Shown here piece by piece: positions 9,004 to 17,809 of a stretch of 24,886 bases of DNA. The notes under the pieces are model-generated. The model ran no database searches. It saw nothing but the letters and a program-made list of their open reading frames with translations, and was not told where the DNA came from. A program made the position numbers and the translations under genes. Within the stretch, counting starts at the first letter, position 1. Every line of letters begins with the position of its first letter. The DNA is from Oligoflexales bacterium (GTDB taxonomy: Bacteria; Bdellovibrionota_B; Oligoflexia; Oligoflexales; CAIYRB01), in contig JBGSUI010000143.1 of the NCBI GenBank assembly GCA_041736175.1, positions 1 through 24,886 of the forward strand. Reading direction: 5' to 3'.

Positions 9004-9851
9004 TTTTTTTGGTGCTCATGCAAATCAATGTGATCATGTTCTGAAGTTGTTGAAGTTAGCTCTGGGGAAATTAAGACATAAGCTGCCCTTGTCGTATAAA
9101 AAAGTCCGACACCAAGAATGATAAGCGCCTGGGCAGTGCTCCAGCTACGAAAGCTCAGACGGCTAACTTTCAGAGAACGGACTTTTGATCCGACGAGACG
9201 AAAGACAACCCCAACCATACTTACACAAACAGCAATTCCAATGGCAAACACGAGGATAGCAATCAATGCGTCGCTAGTGTTGCCATTTGCGAATCCCGAT
9301 AGATAGGTCGCCAACGCAGAGGGACACGGCATGAGTCCACCGCTCGCTCCAAGGAGTGCGGAGACCTTCAGCGAACCATTACGCTTTGGGTCGTTGGCAA
9401 GGGGCAAAAACTTAAGGTTCTCTGGTTTGAATGATGATTTTATAGACTTCCTTGGGGCAGTAAGCTTAAGACCTTGACTTACTTTTCTAGTCTTATCAAC
9501 CGCGCAGCAATGAGAATGCGGGCTTTTTCGGGAATTTACCAAAAGATAAACCCCAATACCAATCATGAGCAAACCACTCAGCCATGTAAAAACCAGGGTT
9601 AATTGGGCGGAATCCTGATGTCCGCCTGTGGCAAAATGACTTATTAGATGAGCAAAAAATGCAAATCCTACAATAGACAGCGTATGAGATGAACCGCTCG
9701 CTAGACCAAGCAGAATAGAATGGCCAAGATGCTTCTTGCCGTCTGCCATGTAGGCAAAAAGCGCTGTTTTGCCATGTCCAGGCTCTAAAGCATGAAGCGC
9801 TCCGAGCAAGAAAGCCATTTCTAACGCAACCGGAGTGTTGTGAGGATCCAT
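9000..9851 (-). CDS. RcnA-like (NicO family) Ni/Co transporter, probably an exporter
   Basis: LGALHALEPGHGKT, SHT, GGLMPCPSAL; central HSHCC loop; His-rich C-terminal tail. Confidence 0.85.
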   Translation of the reverse strand: MDPHNTPVALEMAFLLGALHALEPGHGKTALFAYMADGKKHLGHSILLGLASGSSHTLSIVGFAFFAHLISHFATGGHQDSAQLTLVFTWLSGLLMIGIGVYLLVNSRKSPHSHCCAVDKTRKVSQGLKLTAPRKSIKSSFKPENLKFLPLANDPKRNGSLKVSALLGASGGLMPCPSALATYLSGFANGNTSDALIAILVFAIGIAVCVSMVGVVFRLVGSKVRSLKVSRLSFRSWSTAQALIILGVGLFYTTRAAYVLISPELTSTTSEHDHIDLHEHQKN

Positions 9852-10132
9852 AAGAGCTGTTCCAATGACGTTTTATTGTATATTCTAAATCTGCTTCTAT
9901 CATACTCGGATGATCTTCCGTTTCAAGGCTAAGTTCTAAAAGCGGCTATTTTAAGATTTTAAGACTTGGTGAAAGCTCTCTCATTCGAGATTTTCGACAT
10001 GCGCTGCCCCTTCAATTTAGATCAGATTTATATCAACAGGTCCCCAAAATAAACCACGCCAAACTCATTCAGCAACAAGCTAGGCCGACACCTTCTACCC
10101 GATAGAGGTGTGCTTATGGTCGTTCAAAGAAA

Positions 10133-10687
10133 TCAACGAGGTGGAAATTTTCTTATTTTGCGTTGCAAACTTTGCCGATGAATACCCAATTTTTTTGCTG
10201 CCTCCGAAATATTACCACCACTCTCTACTAAAATTCTCTCAATATATTCGCGTTCCTGCTTAGCTAGCGTGGGCTCCTGAATCATCTGCTCGTTTGCCAA
10301 AATAGGTTCACTTTTTGACCCCAGCAAGGCCCTTTCTATTTGTGCCAGATTTGCTGGTTTCGTAATGTAGTCCATAGCACCGATCTTTAGAGCTTTAACC
10401 GCCGAAGCAATGCTGCCATATCCAGTCAGTACTAAAACCCTACAAGTTGGGCATTTTTGCATGATTTCTTCAATAATATTTAATCCGTTAGTGCCTGGGA
10501 TTTTTAGATCAACAATTGCAAAGTCAAATCGGCGATTATTTAAGGCCCGAAACTCCTGAAGATTAGAAGCTGTGTAAACTTGATAACCGCGATCTTGAAA
10601 TTCAATAGCCAGTGTGTTCCGAAAATTGTCGTCGTCCTCTACTAAGAAAAGACTTTTTTCATTCACTTGATTTTTTTTATTTTTCAT
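10133..10687 (-). CDS. regA: RegA/PrrA-family response regulator
   Basis: Receiver domain (VEDD, VDLK, LTGYGSIASAV, TKPA) plus a short Fis-type HTH, NISEAAKKLGIHRQSLQRK...PPR. Confidence 0.88.
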   Translation of the reverse strand: MKNKKNQVNEKSLFLVEDDDNFRNTLAIEFQDRGYQVYTASNLQEFRALNNRRFDFAIVDLKIPGTNGLNIIEEIMQKCPTCRVLVLTGYGSIASAVKALKIGAMDYITKPANLAQIERALLGSKSEPILANEQMIQEPTLAKQEREYIERILVESGGNISEAAKKLGIHRQSLQRKIRKFPPR

Positions 10688-11976
10688 AAAACATCTTTGG
10701 CAATAGGAATCTGAAGACGCATGGTTGTACCACCGCCAAAACGGTCCAAAACATGTAAAGTGCCTCCTAGGCCTTCTAATAGGGAGAGCGCAGTAAAAAT
10801 ACCAAGACCTGTGCCACCAGGGCGGGCGCTGATAAAAGCTTCTCCAAACCGCTCTTTAACTTTGATTTCCATACCAATCCCCCGGTCAGCGACATCGATC
10901 CATACGTGTTGGTTATCTGTTGAAACAGCCACTTTGATTTGCGCCTGATTGCCTTGAGATGCCTGAAAGGCATTGTCCAGAATATCAATCATCGAGCGAG
11001 TAAAAAGAATCTTAGGAAGTCGGCATTTTGTATCGATCGCGCCTTGATCCGCATGATAGTCAAGCTGGACATCAGATTGACCTGCACTCCATTTATCGCA
11101 AATTTTTTCAATAAAAGGCGCGATTGTGATTTCATTCAATTGGATTGATTCCGCCTGGGACTGGCTACCAAAGAGACTGCGTAAAACAGTCTCACATTGA
11201 TTGACAGCTAAAACAGCCGAGTTTATGTCGAGCAAAAGATCACTATTGCTCGCCATCTTACGGGATATCCGCGAGAGGCGAATTTTGATGGTATTGAGTG
11301 GTGTTGAAAACTCATGGGAAAAACTCGCTGCCACGGCTCCTAACATGCGCAGGTTATCGACTCGGGCTCTTTGCCTTTGGAGTTTTTCCAAATCTGAATG
11401 CAGAGTCGTTAAATACCGCGACAGAAATGTCGTAAGACGCCACATAATGATGAGTACAGCGAGTTCTGAACCAAGTTTAATCTCCCGAGGAATCCCAGCA
11501 TGCTGCATATAGACCCCACTATAACAAACGATGCCGTAGCACAAACAGGTGATCAGTAAAAAAAAGTTATTCCATACCCCCGTTAAGATCATTGGACCCA
11601 GAGCGGCATTCAGATAAAAGATGACTACCAAGGGATTGGCACAACCTTTCGATAGGTTTAGTAAAAGTGTCAAAGCCAAGACATCCAGCGATAACTGAAC
11701 AAAGAGAGCTCCTTCACCGCGAAAGACAGCACGGCCATCACTTCGACTCAGGTAGATGTTTAACAAGACCAGAGTCGCAACAACGGCAAGGTATTTTGGG
11801 ACATCGGCTATGTCTAAAAGACCCACACCGACACCCGGTCCTATAACGATTAGCTGTGCAAAGATAGCCACCCACCGTAGCAAACAGAGCCAACGGTTCT
11901 TTGCACCGCATTCGTCCCCCACGGTTTTTAAGGTGGGTGTCATCAGTGCATGATAAAAATCGATTAGAAAGGCCAA
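10684..11976 (-). CDS. regB: RegB/PrrB/ActS-family redox sensor histidine kinase
   Basis: LRWVAI-x-x-Q start of the TM region, KGCANPL (variant of GGxxNPF), H-box SHEFSTPLNTI, downstream Cys (NQCETVL), and HATPase N/G1/G2 boxes. Confidence 0.87.
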   Translation of the reverse strand: MAFLIDFYHALMTPTLKTVGDECGAKNRWLCLLRWVAIFAQLIVIGPGVGVGLLDIADVPKYLAVVATLVLLNIYLSRSDGRAVFRGEGALFVQLSLDVLALTLLLNLSKGCANPLVVIFYLNAALGPMILTGVWNNFFLLITCLCYGIVCYSGVYMQHAGIPREIKLGSELAVLIIMWRLTTFLSRYLTTLHSDLEKLQRQRARVDNLRMLGAVAASFSHEFSTPLNTIKIRLSRISRKMASNSDLLLDINSAVLAVNQCETVLRSLFGSQSQAESIQLNEITIAPFIEKICDKWSAGQSDVQLDYHADQGAIDTKCRLPKILFTRSMIDILDNAFQASQGNQAQIKVAVSTDNQHVWIDVADRGIGMEIKVKERFGEAFISARPGGTGLGIFTALSLLEGLGGTLHVLDRFGGGTTMRLQIPIAKDVL

Positions 11977-12106
11977 GGAATCGCCTCCAAGGAAAGAGGA
12001 TCGGGAGCAAATTCCTGGCTCTTATATTTTAAATCAGTATCAATGACAACAGGGTGCTTGACGTCCAAACAGCCCATAAGATCTGCGGTCTCCAACACCC
12101 ATGCAT

Positions 12107-12469
12107 CTATGGTTTTTTAACCCAGGATTTGCACCAACCCTTCGCGGTCACTGCTCCGCTAGGCAACATCAAGCACTTTCCAGCTTCCTTTCCATCAACG
12201 GCTGCTCCAGCAGTAAATAGCTGACAATTAGAGCAAAATTGATCTTTGCCTTCGGTTTCTCCCTTTTTTTGCCGGTCCGCTTTGGTTCCATCCGGCACAT
12301 AACCCAATGCTTTGGCTGTGGGATCAGTATCAGGTACAAACTTGCTCGCTGGACTTGGTGCAGGATCTGTCCCCCCTTGGCCAAAGGCGCGGCTAGCAAG
12401 AACTGCCCCAGAAGCTGATACGGCAAGATTTTTGAAAAACTTGCGTCGATTGTGATCATGTCCTGTCAT
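12107..12469 (-). CDS. High-potential iron-sulfur protein (HiPIP), Tat-exported
   Basis: NRRKFFK twin-Arg signal; AKALGY, CSNCQLF, GKC, GWCKSW give the four-Cys HiPIP pattern. Confidence 0.93.
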   Translation of the reverse strand: MTGHDHNRRKFFKNLAVSASGAVLASRAFGQGGTDPAPSPASKFVPDTDPTAKALGYVPDGTKADRQKKGETEGKDQFCSNCQLFTAGAAVDGKEAGKCLMLPSGAVTAKGWCKSWVKKP

Positions 12470-12547
12470 AGTCTATTCTCCATTTAAATGAATCGGTTGA
12501 AACATTTACCAACATCAAGCTAAAAGGCCGTAATCGAGGGTTTTCCC

Positions 12548-13870
12548 TTAATTTTTCATCTCCAACATATACCCACCAATTGCGCGTAGTTGTTCGTCAG
12601 GCAGTGGCATGGGCGGCATTTGTGGATAATCCGCCCGTTTTTTTCCAGGTGCTTTTGCCCATTGGACGATGCCATCTATATTGCCATTATAAATACCCTG
12701 TATCTCGAGAACGGGCGGTCCGACTTGTCTTTTGTCGTAGCCATGGCAAGCGCCGCAATAACTTGAAAACAACACCTTGCCATCAGGAGCGTCGCTTGCA
12801 ATCGGGTTTGCGGCGTTGGTCTTTGCTGCCTCGGTAGCCTCAGCGACGGCCTTTGCATAGGTTTCCGTTTTCGCTTTGACTAGTTTTTTGTGGCCTTCAA
12901 GCGAAGTGGCCCGATACATATGCCGACCAGACACCATAAACACGACCGTTAGGGTGAGTAAAAAAACAATTTTGTTGAAATGGCGACCAACTGTTGCCTT
13001 AGGTTCAGATACTTCGCGCCAAAGGTATATCATGGCCGGAACAGCAAGAAATACTCCGGCTAGGATAACGAGCGACATAGAAATACTGATACCGTGTGAG
13101 GGCAGGGTCAAGTAAACAAGAGGCCCTATTAAAAACTGCAAGCCGGTCGCTCCTAAAGCACCACTGTACAGGATTTTCAAAAGTTCAGCCCGCGGTAGTC
13201 CGCGGATTAGCGATTCATATGGATACTGGCTTCGTTTCATATAGCCAACCAAAAACAGGCAAGCAGCCGTGATGGAAGCCGCGAGAAAGTGAAAATACCT
13301 TGGAAAAACATTGGGGATCATCAGGGCCGAAAAGAATCCGTGGACTTCATTCCATAGGTTTGGGAAGAGCATTAAGTTGATATTGACTAAAAAGACCAAA
13401 GGAATGCAAAGGAAAATCGCGGTGGCGACGCCGCCTATAAACAGATGTAAGCCTTTATGGTTCTGGAGAGAATCCCAAGAGTATTTATGTAGATATGTCA
13501 GGAGGAAGGCCACGGTTATGAGAGGGACAATCAGTATCCAAGCTAAACCAGTCAAAGCATTAGCGGAATAAAAGTACACTGTATATAACACATTGATGAG
13601 AAGGAGTGGGGCCACTCCCATGACTACGGCAAGGCTTTTGTTGACCGTGATAGTTTTTGCAATTTCATGCGCAATATCATCAAAGGCTTTTTGCTTACGC
13701 CCCTTCCACTCGAAAAAAATAGTAAGGAGCGATCCACCGACCATAAAGTTGACAAAGAGCAAATGTACCATAAACGACAAGACTAAAAGCAGTACCAACA
13801 GCCATTCAGGGGCAGGCAAGGGCAGCGGCAAGTCATGGGGGATTGGGGTTGAAAAAGCAGGGTTTTCCAT
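12548..13870 (-). CDS. Cytochrome bd-superfamily (CydA-like) membrane subunit B with C-terminal heme c domain
   Basis: Multi-TM; FMVHLLFVNFMVGG, GVAPLL, PRYFHFL; CGACH...VGP...MPPM. Confidence 0.8.
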   Translation of the reverse strand: MENPAFSTPIPHDLPLPLPAPEWLLVLLLVLSFMVHLLFVNFMVGGSLLTIFFEWKGRKQKAFDDIAHEIAKTITVNKSLAVVMGVAPLLLINVLYTVYFYSANALTGLAWILIVPLITVAFLLTYLHKYSWDSLQNHKGLHLFIGGVATAIFLCIPLVFLVNINLMLFPNLWNEVHGFFSALMIPNVFPRYFHFLAASITAACLFLVGYMKRSQYPYESLIRGLPRAELLKILYSGALGATGLQFLIGPLVYLTLPSHGISISMSLVILAGVFLAVPAMIYLWREVSEPKATVGRHFNKIVFLLTLTVVFMVSGRHMYRATSLEGHKKLVKAKTETYAKAVAEATEAAKTNAANPIASDAPDGKVLFSSYCGACHGYDKRQVGPPVLEIQGIYNGNIDGIVQWAKAPGKKRADYPQMPPMPLPDEQLRAIGGYMLEMKN

Positions 13871-13888
13871 TGTTGCTTAAAATCCTAA

Positions 13889-15277
13889 TTATTGGGCGAG
13901 TTTAGTTCCAATCGATTGGGCACCGGGAAGTTGATCACCATAGGTACCAAAATAGACCAAGTAGGCTGCAAGAGCGTCTAACTCCTGCGGACTCCCTGGA
14001 AACGGTGGCATATAGCGGCGAGTCGAATGCATGACGCCAATGTAGTTACTGAGCTGGTCTTTGCTCCATGGGCCTGGTCCATACATGGCAGTGATGTTCG
14101 TGCGGATGCTGTTTATGCCGTTCAAGGTGTGACAGCGGGTACAGGCCAGCATAAAAACCTCTTTCCCTGCGAGGATTTTGTTTTGATCGGTGATCGTTTT
14201 AACCGAGGAGTAGGTAGCATGTTTGAGAATCCCATCTTTTTTGAAGAGTGGATAATCCTCCTCGCGAAATCCGTTGGAATATAAGTAGCCACCGATGGCA
14301 TATGGCTTTCTGATAAATTCCCGGACTCTTTCAAAATGCGCCAAAAGGCCCATTAAGATCAGACTAGGCACAACGCTGACCAACGCCGGAATTTTAAACC
14401 GCCCTAGGGACCCATATATTGCCACGGCAAAGGCTGAAACCACGCCCGCCACAATAGTGACCAAAAGAATATGATACCAATTGGCAAACTCTTGAGTCGT
14501 GTTTGCCACCGCAAGATTGCCTATCATCGTGGAAGGAAGCCTGTGATAGTACCAATACCCTCCAACGGCTAAAAAAGGCAGCCAAAAAATCATCCATCTT
14601 GAAATGAGTGCTGAGGCTTCGAGGCGAAGGGAACGCTGGTGGCGGGCAAATAGATTGACAAACCCTAACCCTACGGCTCCACCCATCACCATGGCCAAAG
14701 GTGTCCTAAAGGCCAATTGTGGCAGATAAAGCGGATTAAGGATGCCATTAATCAGACTCCGGTCGGTCCGCCAATTTCCCGGATCCATCATAAAGCCAAG
14801 GATTGCCACGATAATAGACATGGTGATCCAAGAGGCCACTGAAAGGATGATGCCCAACCGGATATGCTTTGCTTTATCAATCAGCAATTTTTTCCAAGTC
14901 AAAAAATAAGCCAGTATCAAACAGACTTCAGTCACAAAAACGATCCATTCAACAAACCAGGCCCAAAAAAAGACTCTAATAAGACTGCCGATTGCATATG
15001 GATTGATCAAGGAAGCCGAGAGCCAAATACCGACTCCGGTCATCGCTCCTAGGGTGGTCGTAATAATAAAAAAAACAAAAAGAATCCTATAGGCAAGATG
15101 ATCCCATTGGGACATTTCGTCCTGTGACTTCTTTTTGGATCCCCACCATTCTAGTAAAGTAATCAAGGGGAGACCACCGACTGCAAGTGGATGATTGATC
15201 AAAACATGCAGGACGGCGATAATGGCTATCAAAAAACGGTTGTTCAGAAAATCTAAGTGGAATACGGGAAAGTCCAT
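13889..15277 (-). CDS. Cytochrome bd-superfamily (CydA-like) membrane subunit A with C-terminal heme c domain
   Basis: AAGGAG RBS, ATG 15277 (MDFP). LHVLINH, GAMTGVGIW, WFVEWIVFVTE, GFMMDPG, ERVREFIRKPYAI, CTRCH...YMPPF. Confidence 0.85.
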   Translation of the reverse strand: MDFPVFHLDFLNNRFLIAIIAVLHVLINHPLAVGGLPLITLLEWWGSKKKSQDEMSQWDHLAYRILFVFFIITTTLGAMTGVGIWLSASLINPYAIGSLIRVFFWAWFVEWIVFVTEVCLILAYFLTWKKLLIDKAKHIRLGIILSVASWITMSIIVAILGFMMDPGNWRTDRSLINGILNPLYLPQLAFRTPLAMVMGGAVGLGFVNLFARHQRSLRLEASALISRWMIFWLPFLAVGGYWYYHRLPSTMIGNLAVANTTQEFANWYHILLVTIVAGVVSAFAVAIYGSLGRFKIPALVSVVPSLILMGLLAHFERVREFIRKPYAIGGYLYSNGFREEDYPLFKKDGILKHATYSSVKTITDQNKILAGKEVFMLACTRCHTLNGINSIRTNITAMYGPGPWSKDQLSNYIGVMHSTRRYMPPFPGSPQELDALAAYLVYFGTYGDQLPGAQSIGTKLAQ

Positions 15278-15304
15278 ACTCGCGGCTCCTTTATCGATAC
15301 CACT

Positions 15305-15350
15305 AAGATAAAGGCAAACCCGCACGGAGTCACCGCAGCAAATTGTTGCA
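15305..15350 (-). promoter_or_regulatory. Candidate sigma70 promoter (GTGACT-N17-TATCTT) with an abutting RegA-like box (GCAGC-N5-GTTGC, 15335-15349)
   Basis: Exact 17-bp spacing. The box differs at 2 positions from the GCGGC-N5-GTCGC RegA/RegR-type consensus and lies just upstream of the -35. Confidence 0.45.
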
Positions 15351-15367
15351 CCCAGCCCTTACCGGGA

Positions 15368-15931
15368 TCAATTTAGCTTTGTCAATCTTGACGAGGAGAG
15401 TTTCCAAGTTTCATTGCCATTAACCTTTCCAGTCATCATGGCTTCGATCAGCGCACTATCATCGCTACGGGGATCGGTAGGCGAGGTCGAAGGGGGATTT
15501 TCTGGCGCTTTAGCTGGTTCACCTGACTGGTTCGCCGGCGGGGCTGGACTAGTAGGAACCGAAGGGATTTGCGACGAGGTACCTTTGTCTAGCTGATTAT
15601 CGGACGGAGTTTGGCTTGCCTGTTGAGGGGCCTTTTGGTCTTCTGGTCCAGCCTCACTAGAATTTTCGAAATCTGAGTTACCAGAATCTTGATTTCCAGC
15701 AACAGCCTCTTCGGAGGTACTAAAAGTTTGTTTTGTGTTTTTAGATCGTCTCGAAATGGCTGGGCTTTTCGGCGAGCCGTCATCGGTTTTTTTCGATGGG
15801 TCTTGGTTAGGACTTTGACTGAATGGTTGAGAGTCTTGACCACAGGAAAGCAGACATAAAAATCCTACAGTCACCAATGAAAAAGGATTAAGGATACGAA
15901 ATGATTTGAGGGATAATTGATGATTTTTCAT
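15368..15931 (-). CDS. Predicted lipoprotein with S/P/Q-rich low-complexity linker
   Basis: Hydrophobic stretch ending in the lipobox LLSC; AAGGTGG RBS. Confidence 0.7.
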   Translation of the reverse strand: MKNHQLSLKSFRILNPFSLVTVGFLCLLSCGQDSQPFSQSPNQDPSKKTDDGSPKSPAISRRSKNTKQTFSTSEEAVAGNQDSGNSDFENSSEAGPEDQKAPQQASQTPSDNQLDKGTSSQIPSVPTSPAPPANQSGEPAKAPENPPSTSPTDPRSDDSALIEAMMTGKVNGNETWKLSSSRLTKLN

Positions 15932-15947
15932 GGTTTTGCCACCTTTG

Positions 15948-16574
15948 CTATGATTTTAACGGGTGCACCGTTGAGGGTTTCTGATCTTTACTGGTAAAGA
16001 TTTCTTGACAATTTTTTGTAGCATAAGATTCCAGGGGGTTTTTAGTGCCATTCGCTGTCTGAGAAACTCCCGCACCCAGGCAATAGGTAAGTGAAGTGGG
16101 TTTAGGGTTTAGACCCGATACATATAAAAATGGTTTGTCGCCTTTGCCAATGACAACGCTGATAATATCAGCTCCTTCCGCCTCGAATGCTTCAACAGAA
16201 TTGCCCGCTGCGGCAACTCGAGCTGGGTCGATTGTTACGTTGTGGGGGCCTGAATTGTCAGTACCTCTCTCACTCGGGAAGCGAATAGACTGTCCAGCCA
16301 TAATCATATCGATTTGAGCTGCGGTCACAGTTACGTTGTGAGTATGGTTTCCCTCCACGATTCCTTGGGTAATGGTAACATTAGTCCCGGACAGGAAGTT
16401 TTCTGCCGCAAAATTTTTAGTGGTCCCCACGCCGCATGTCATTTCTAAATCTCTAAATACTTTGACGCTCGCATGAGCGTTGGTCGACGCAAAAAGCTGG
16501 TATCCGAGGAGCGAATAAATTCCCAAACTAGTACTTGTATGAACTGTGGTCTTAATAAATTTCCTACGATGCAT
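15948..16574 (-). CDS. Tat-exported hypothetical protein with NHTH...PH motif
   Basis: MHRRKFIK signal ending AHA; GNHTHNVTVT and GPHNVTI internal repeat. Confidence 0.75.
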   Translation of the reverse strand: MHRRKFIKTTVHTSTSLGIYSLLGYQLFASTNAHASVKVFRDLEMTCGVGTTKNFAAENFLSGTNVTITQGIVEGNHTHNVTVTAAQIDMIMAGQSIRFPSERGTDNSGPHNVTIDPARVAAAGNSVEAFEAEGADIISVVIGKGDKPFLYVSGLNPKPTSLTYCLGAGVSQTANGTKNPLESYATKNCQEIFTSKDQKPSTVHPLKS

Positions 16575-16660
16575 GGTTATCCCCCAATCATAGACGTTTT
16601 TCACAAGGGATCTCTCGGAAAGAAATCCATAAAAAATTTATTTTTATTTTTAATGTAAGT

Positions 16661-16750
16661 TTAAATATCTTGATCATAGGCCCGACAGGTATCGGCAAGG
16701 CCTTTCTTGCTTCAGCAATAGTCCATAACCGACAGACTGGCTTCAAGAGC
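16661..16750 (+). pseudogene. IstB-like (IS21-family) ATPase fragment
   Basis: LNILIIGPTGIGKAFLASAIVHN...GFK. No start codon; the Walker A S/T is replaced by A; similarity ends within about 30 codons. Confidence 0.65.
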
Positions 16751-16993
16751 AATCAATCTCCAAATGACAGGACCATCCCAACGAGGCAAAAGGTCTCCTC
16801 TCAGGGACATAAAACTTGACACCAATTGACCCCCCATGCAAAGACCTTTTGGATGCGTCCCTTTGGTCCGCTAATGGGGGGGTCAGATACCTTCAATCAG
16901 GTAGGTCTACTTCGAGCAAGCTGGCAAGAATGCTAAAGAGAGTCCAAGCCAATAAGCTCTAGGCTGGCCTTTGGGCGTTAAAGAGGGGGCGTA

Positions 16994-17266
16994 GTGAAAA
17001 TAACTGCCATAAGAAAGATAGAAGAGCGTTTTTTCGTCACGCTTAACGACGGCGTGGAGTATCAAGCTTGGTTTAACCGCCCAGATTTTGACCTGGACGC
17101 GTGGTACATCGCCCTGTCGCCAGCGGGCCGCACAATTGCTCATTGCGTATCTCAGTCTGTCGCCCGTGCGGCGCTAAAGGAGGCACTGGCGACAGAGCTG
17201 GACGCAGATAACCAGCAACTGATACGAGGGCTCCTTAAACACTATCTACGCGAACCAGAGGCTTAG
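16994..17266 (+). CDS. Hypothetical protein (90 aa)
   Basis: GTG start after AGAGGGGG; protein-like composition; GC hairpin follows the stop. Confidence 0.6.
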   Translation: MKITAIRKIEERFFVTLNDGVEYQAWFNRPDFDLDAWYIALSPAGRTIAHCVSQSVARAALKEALATELDADNQQLIRGLLKHYLREPEA

Positions 17267-17269
17267 TGG

Positions 17270-17286
17270 GTCGGGCGGAGCCCGAC
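17270..17286 (+). terminator. Hairpin GTCGGGC-GGA-GCCCGAC, no adjacent U-tract
   Basis: Perfect 7-bp stem 3 nt after the stop codon at 17266. Confidence 0.3.
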
Positions 17287-17809
17287 GCGTGGCAGTGGTT
17301 AAATGCCCCGCTTCTTTCGTGCTTGTGCGAGCTTTTCTTTTCTCTCTTTTCTGCGTGCGGCCAGAAAGGCCCCCCACTCGCGGTCTTGCTGTTCTACCTA
17401 GGCCTCCGGTCTTCTTCCTCAGGTCATCCAAGAGGATTTTACCCTTCGCCACGAGGTTTAAGAAGTCCTATCGAATACCCATGACGACTGAAAGCGGGAG
17501 GAAGGTGTACTTGTCAGCGAGTTGAATTGTGAAGGCTCCCGCACCAGTCCGCGTAACCCTCGTGTCCGTTTTTGGCAGGGAACATCAGTATAGACCCCCC
17601 GTCGATCCCCATCGGATCCCCCAAATCTCCCCCTTTCTCGACCGCAGTATTTCAGCAGTCACCCAGTCGCCGGCCTTGGATTTGCGAGCGTTGCCGCTCG
17701 TGAAGCGGCTGTTCGCCAATGTACGTAGTTTCGAATAATTGACAATATTATTAGTAACTTAAAACAATCGATAACTTCCCTTCAGATCAGACCAACTTCT
17801 GGGGGGCGA

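Noticed and set aside
17246..17738. Several overlapping 68-78-aa ORFs on both strands and short C-rich repeats
   Set aside because: No recognisable motif or consistent frame; possibly decayed coding DNA but not supportable.
17728..17755. XerC/D dif site
   Set aside because: The left arm resembles a XerC arm, but at 6-bp spacing the right arm does not match TTATGTTAAAT.
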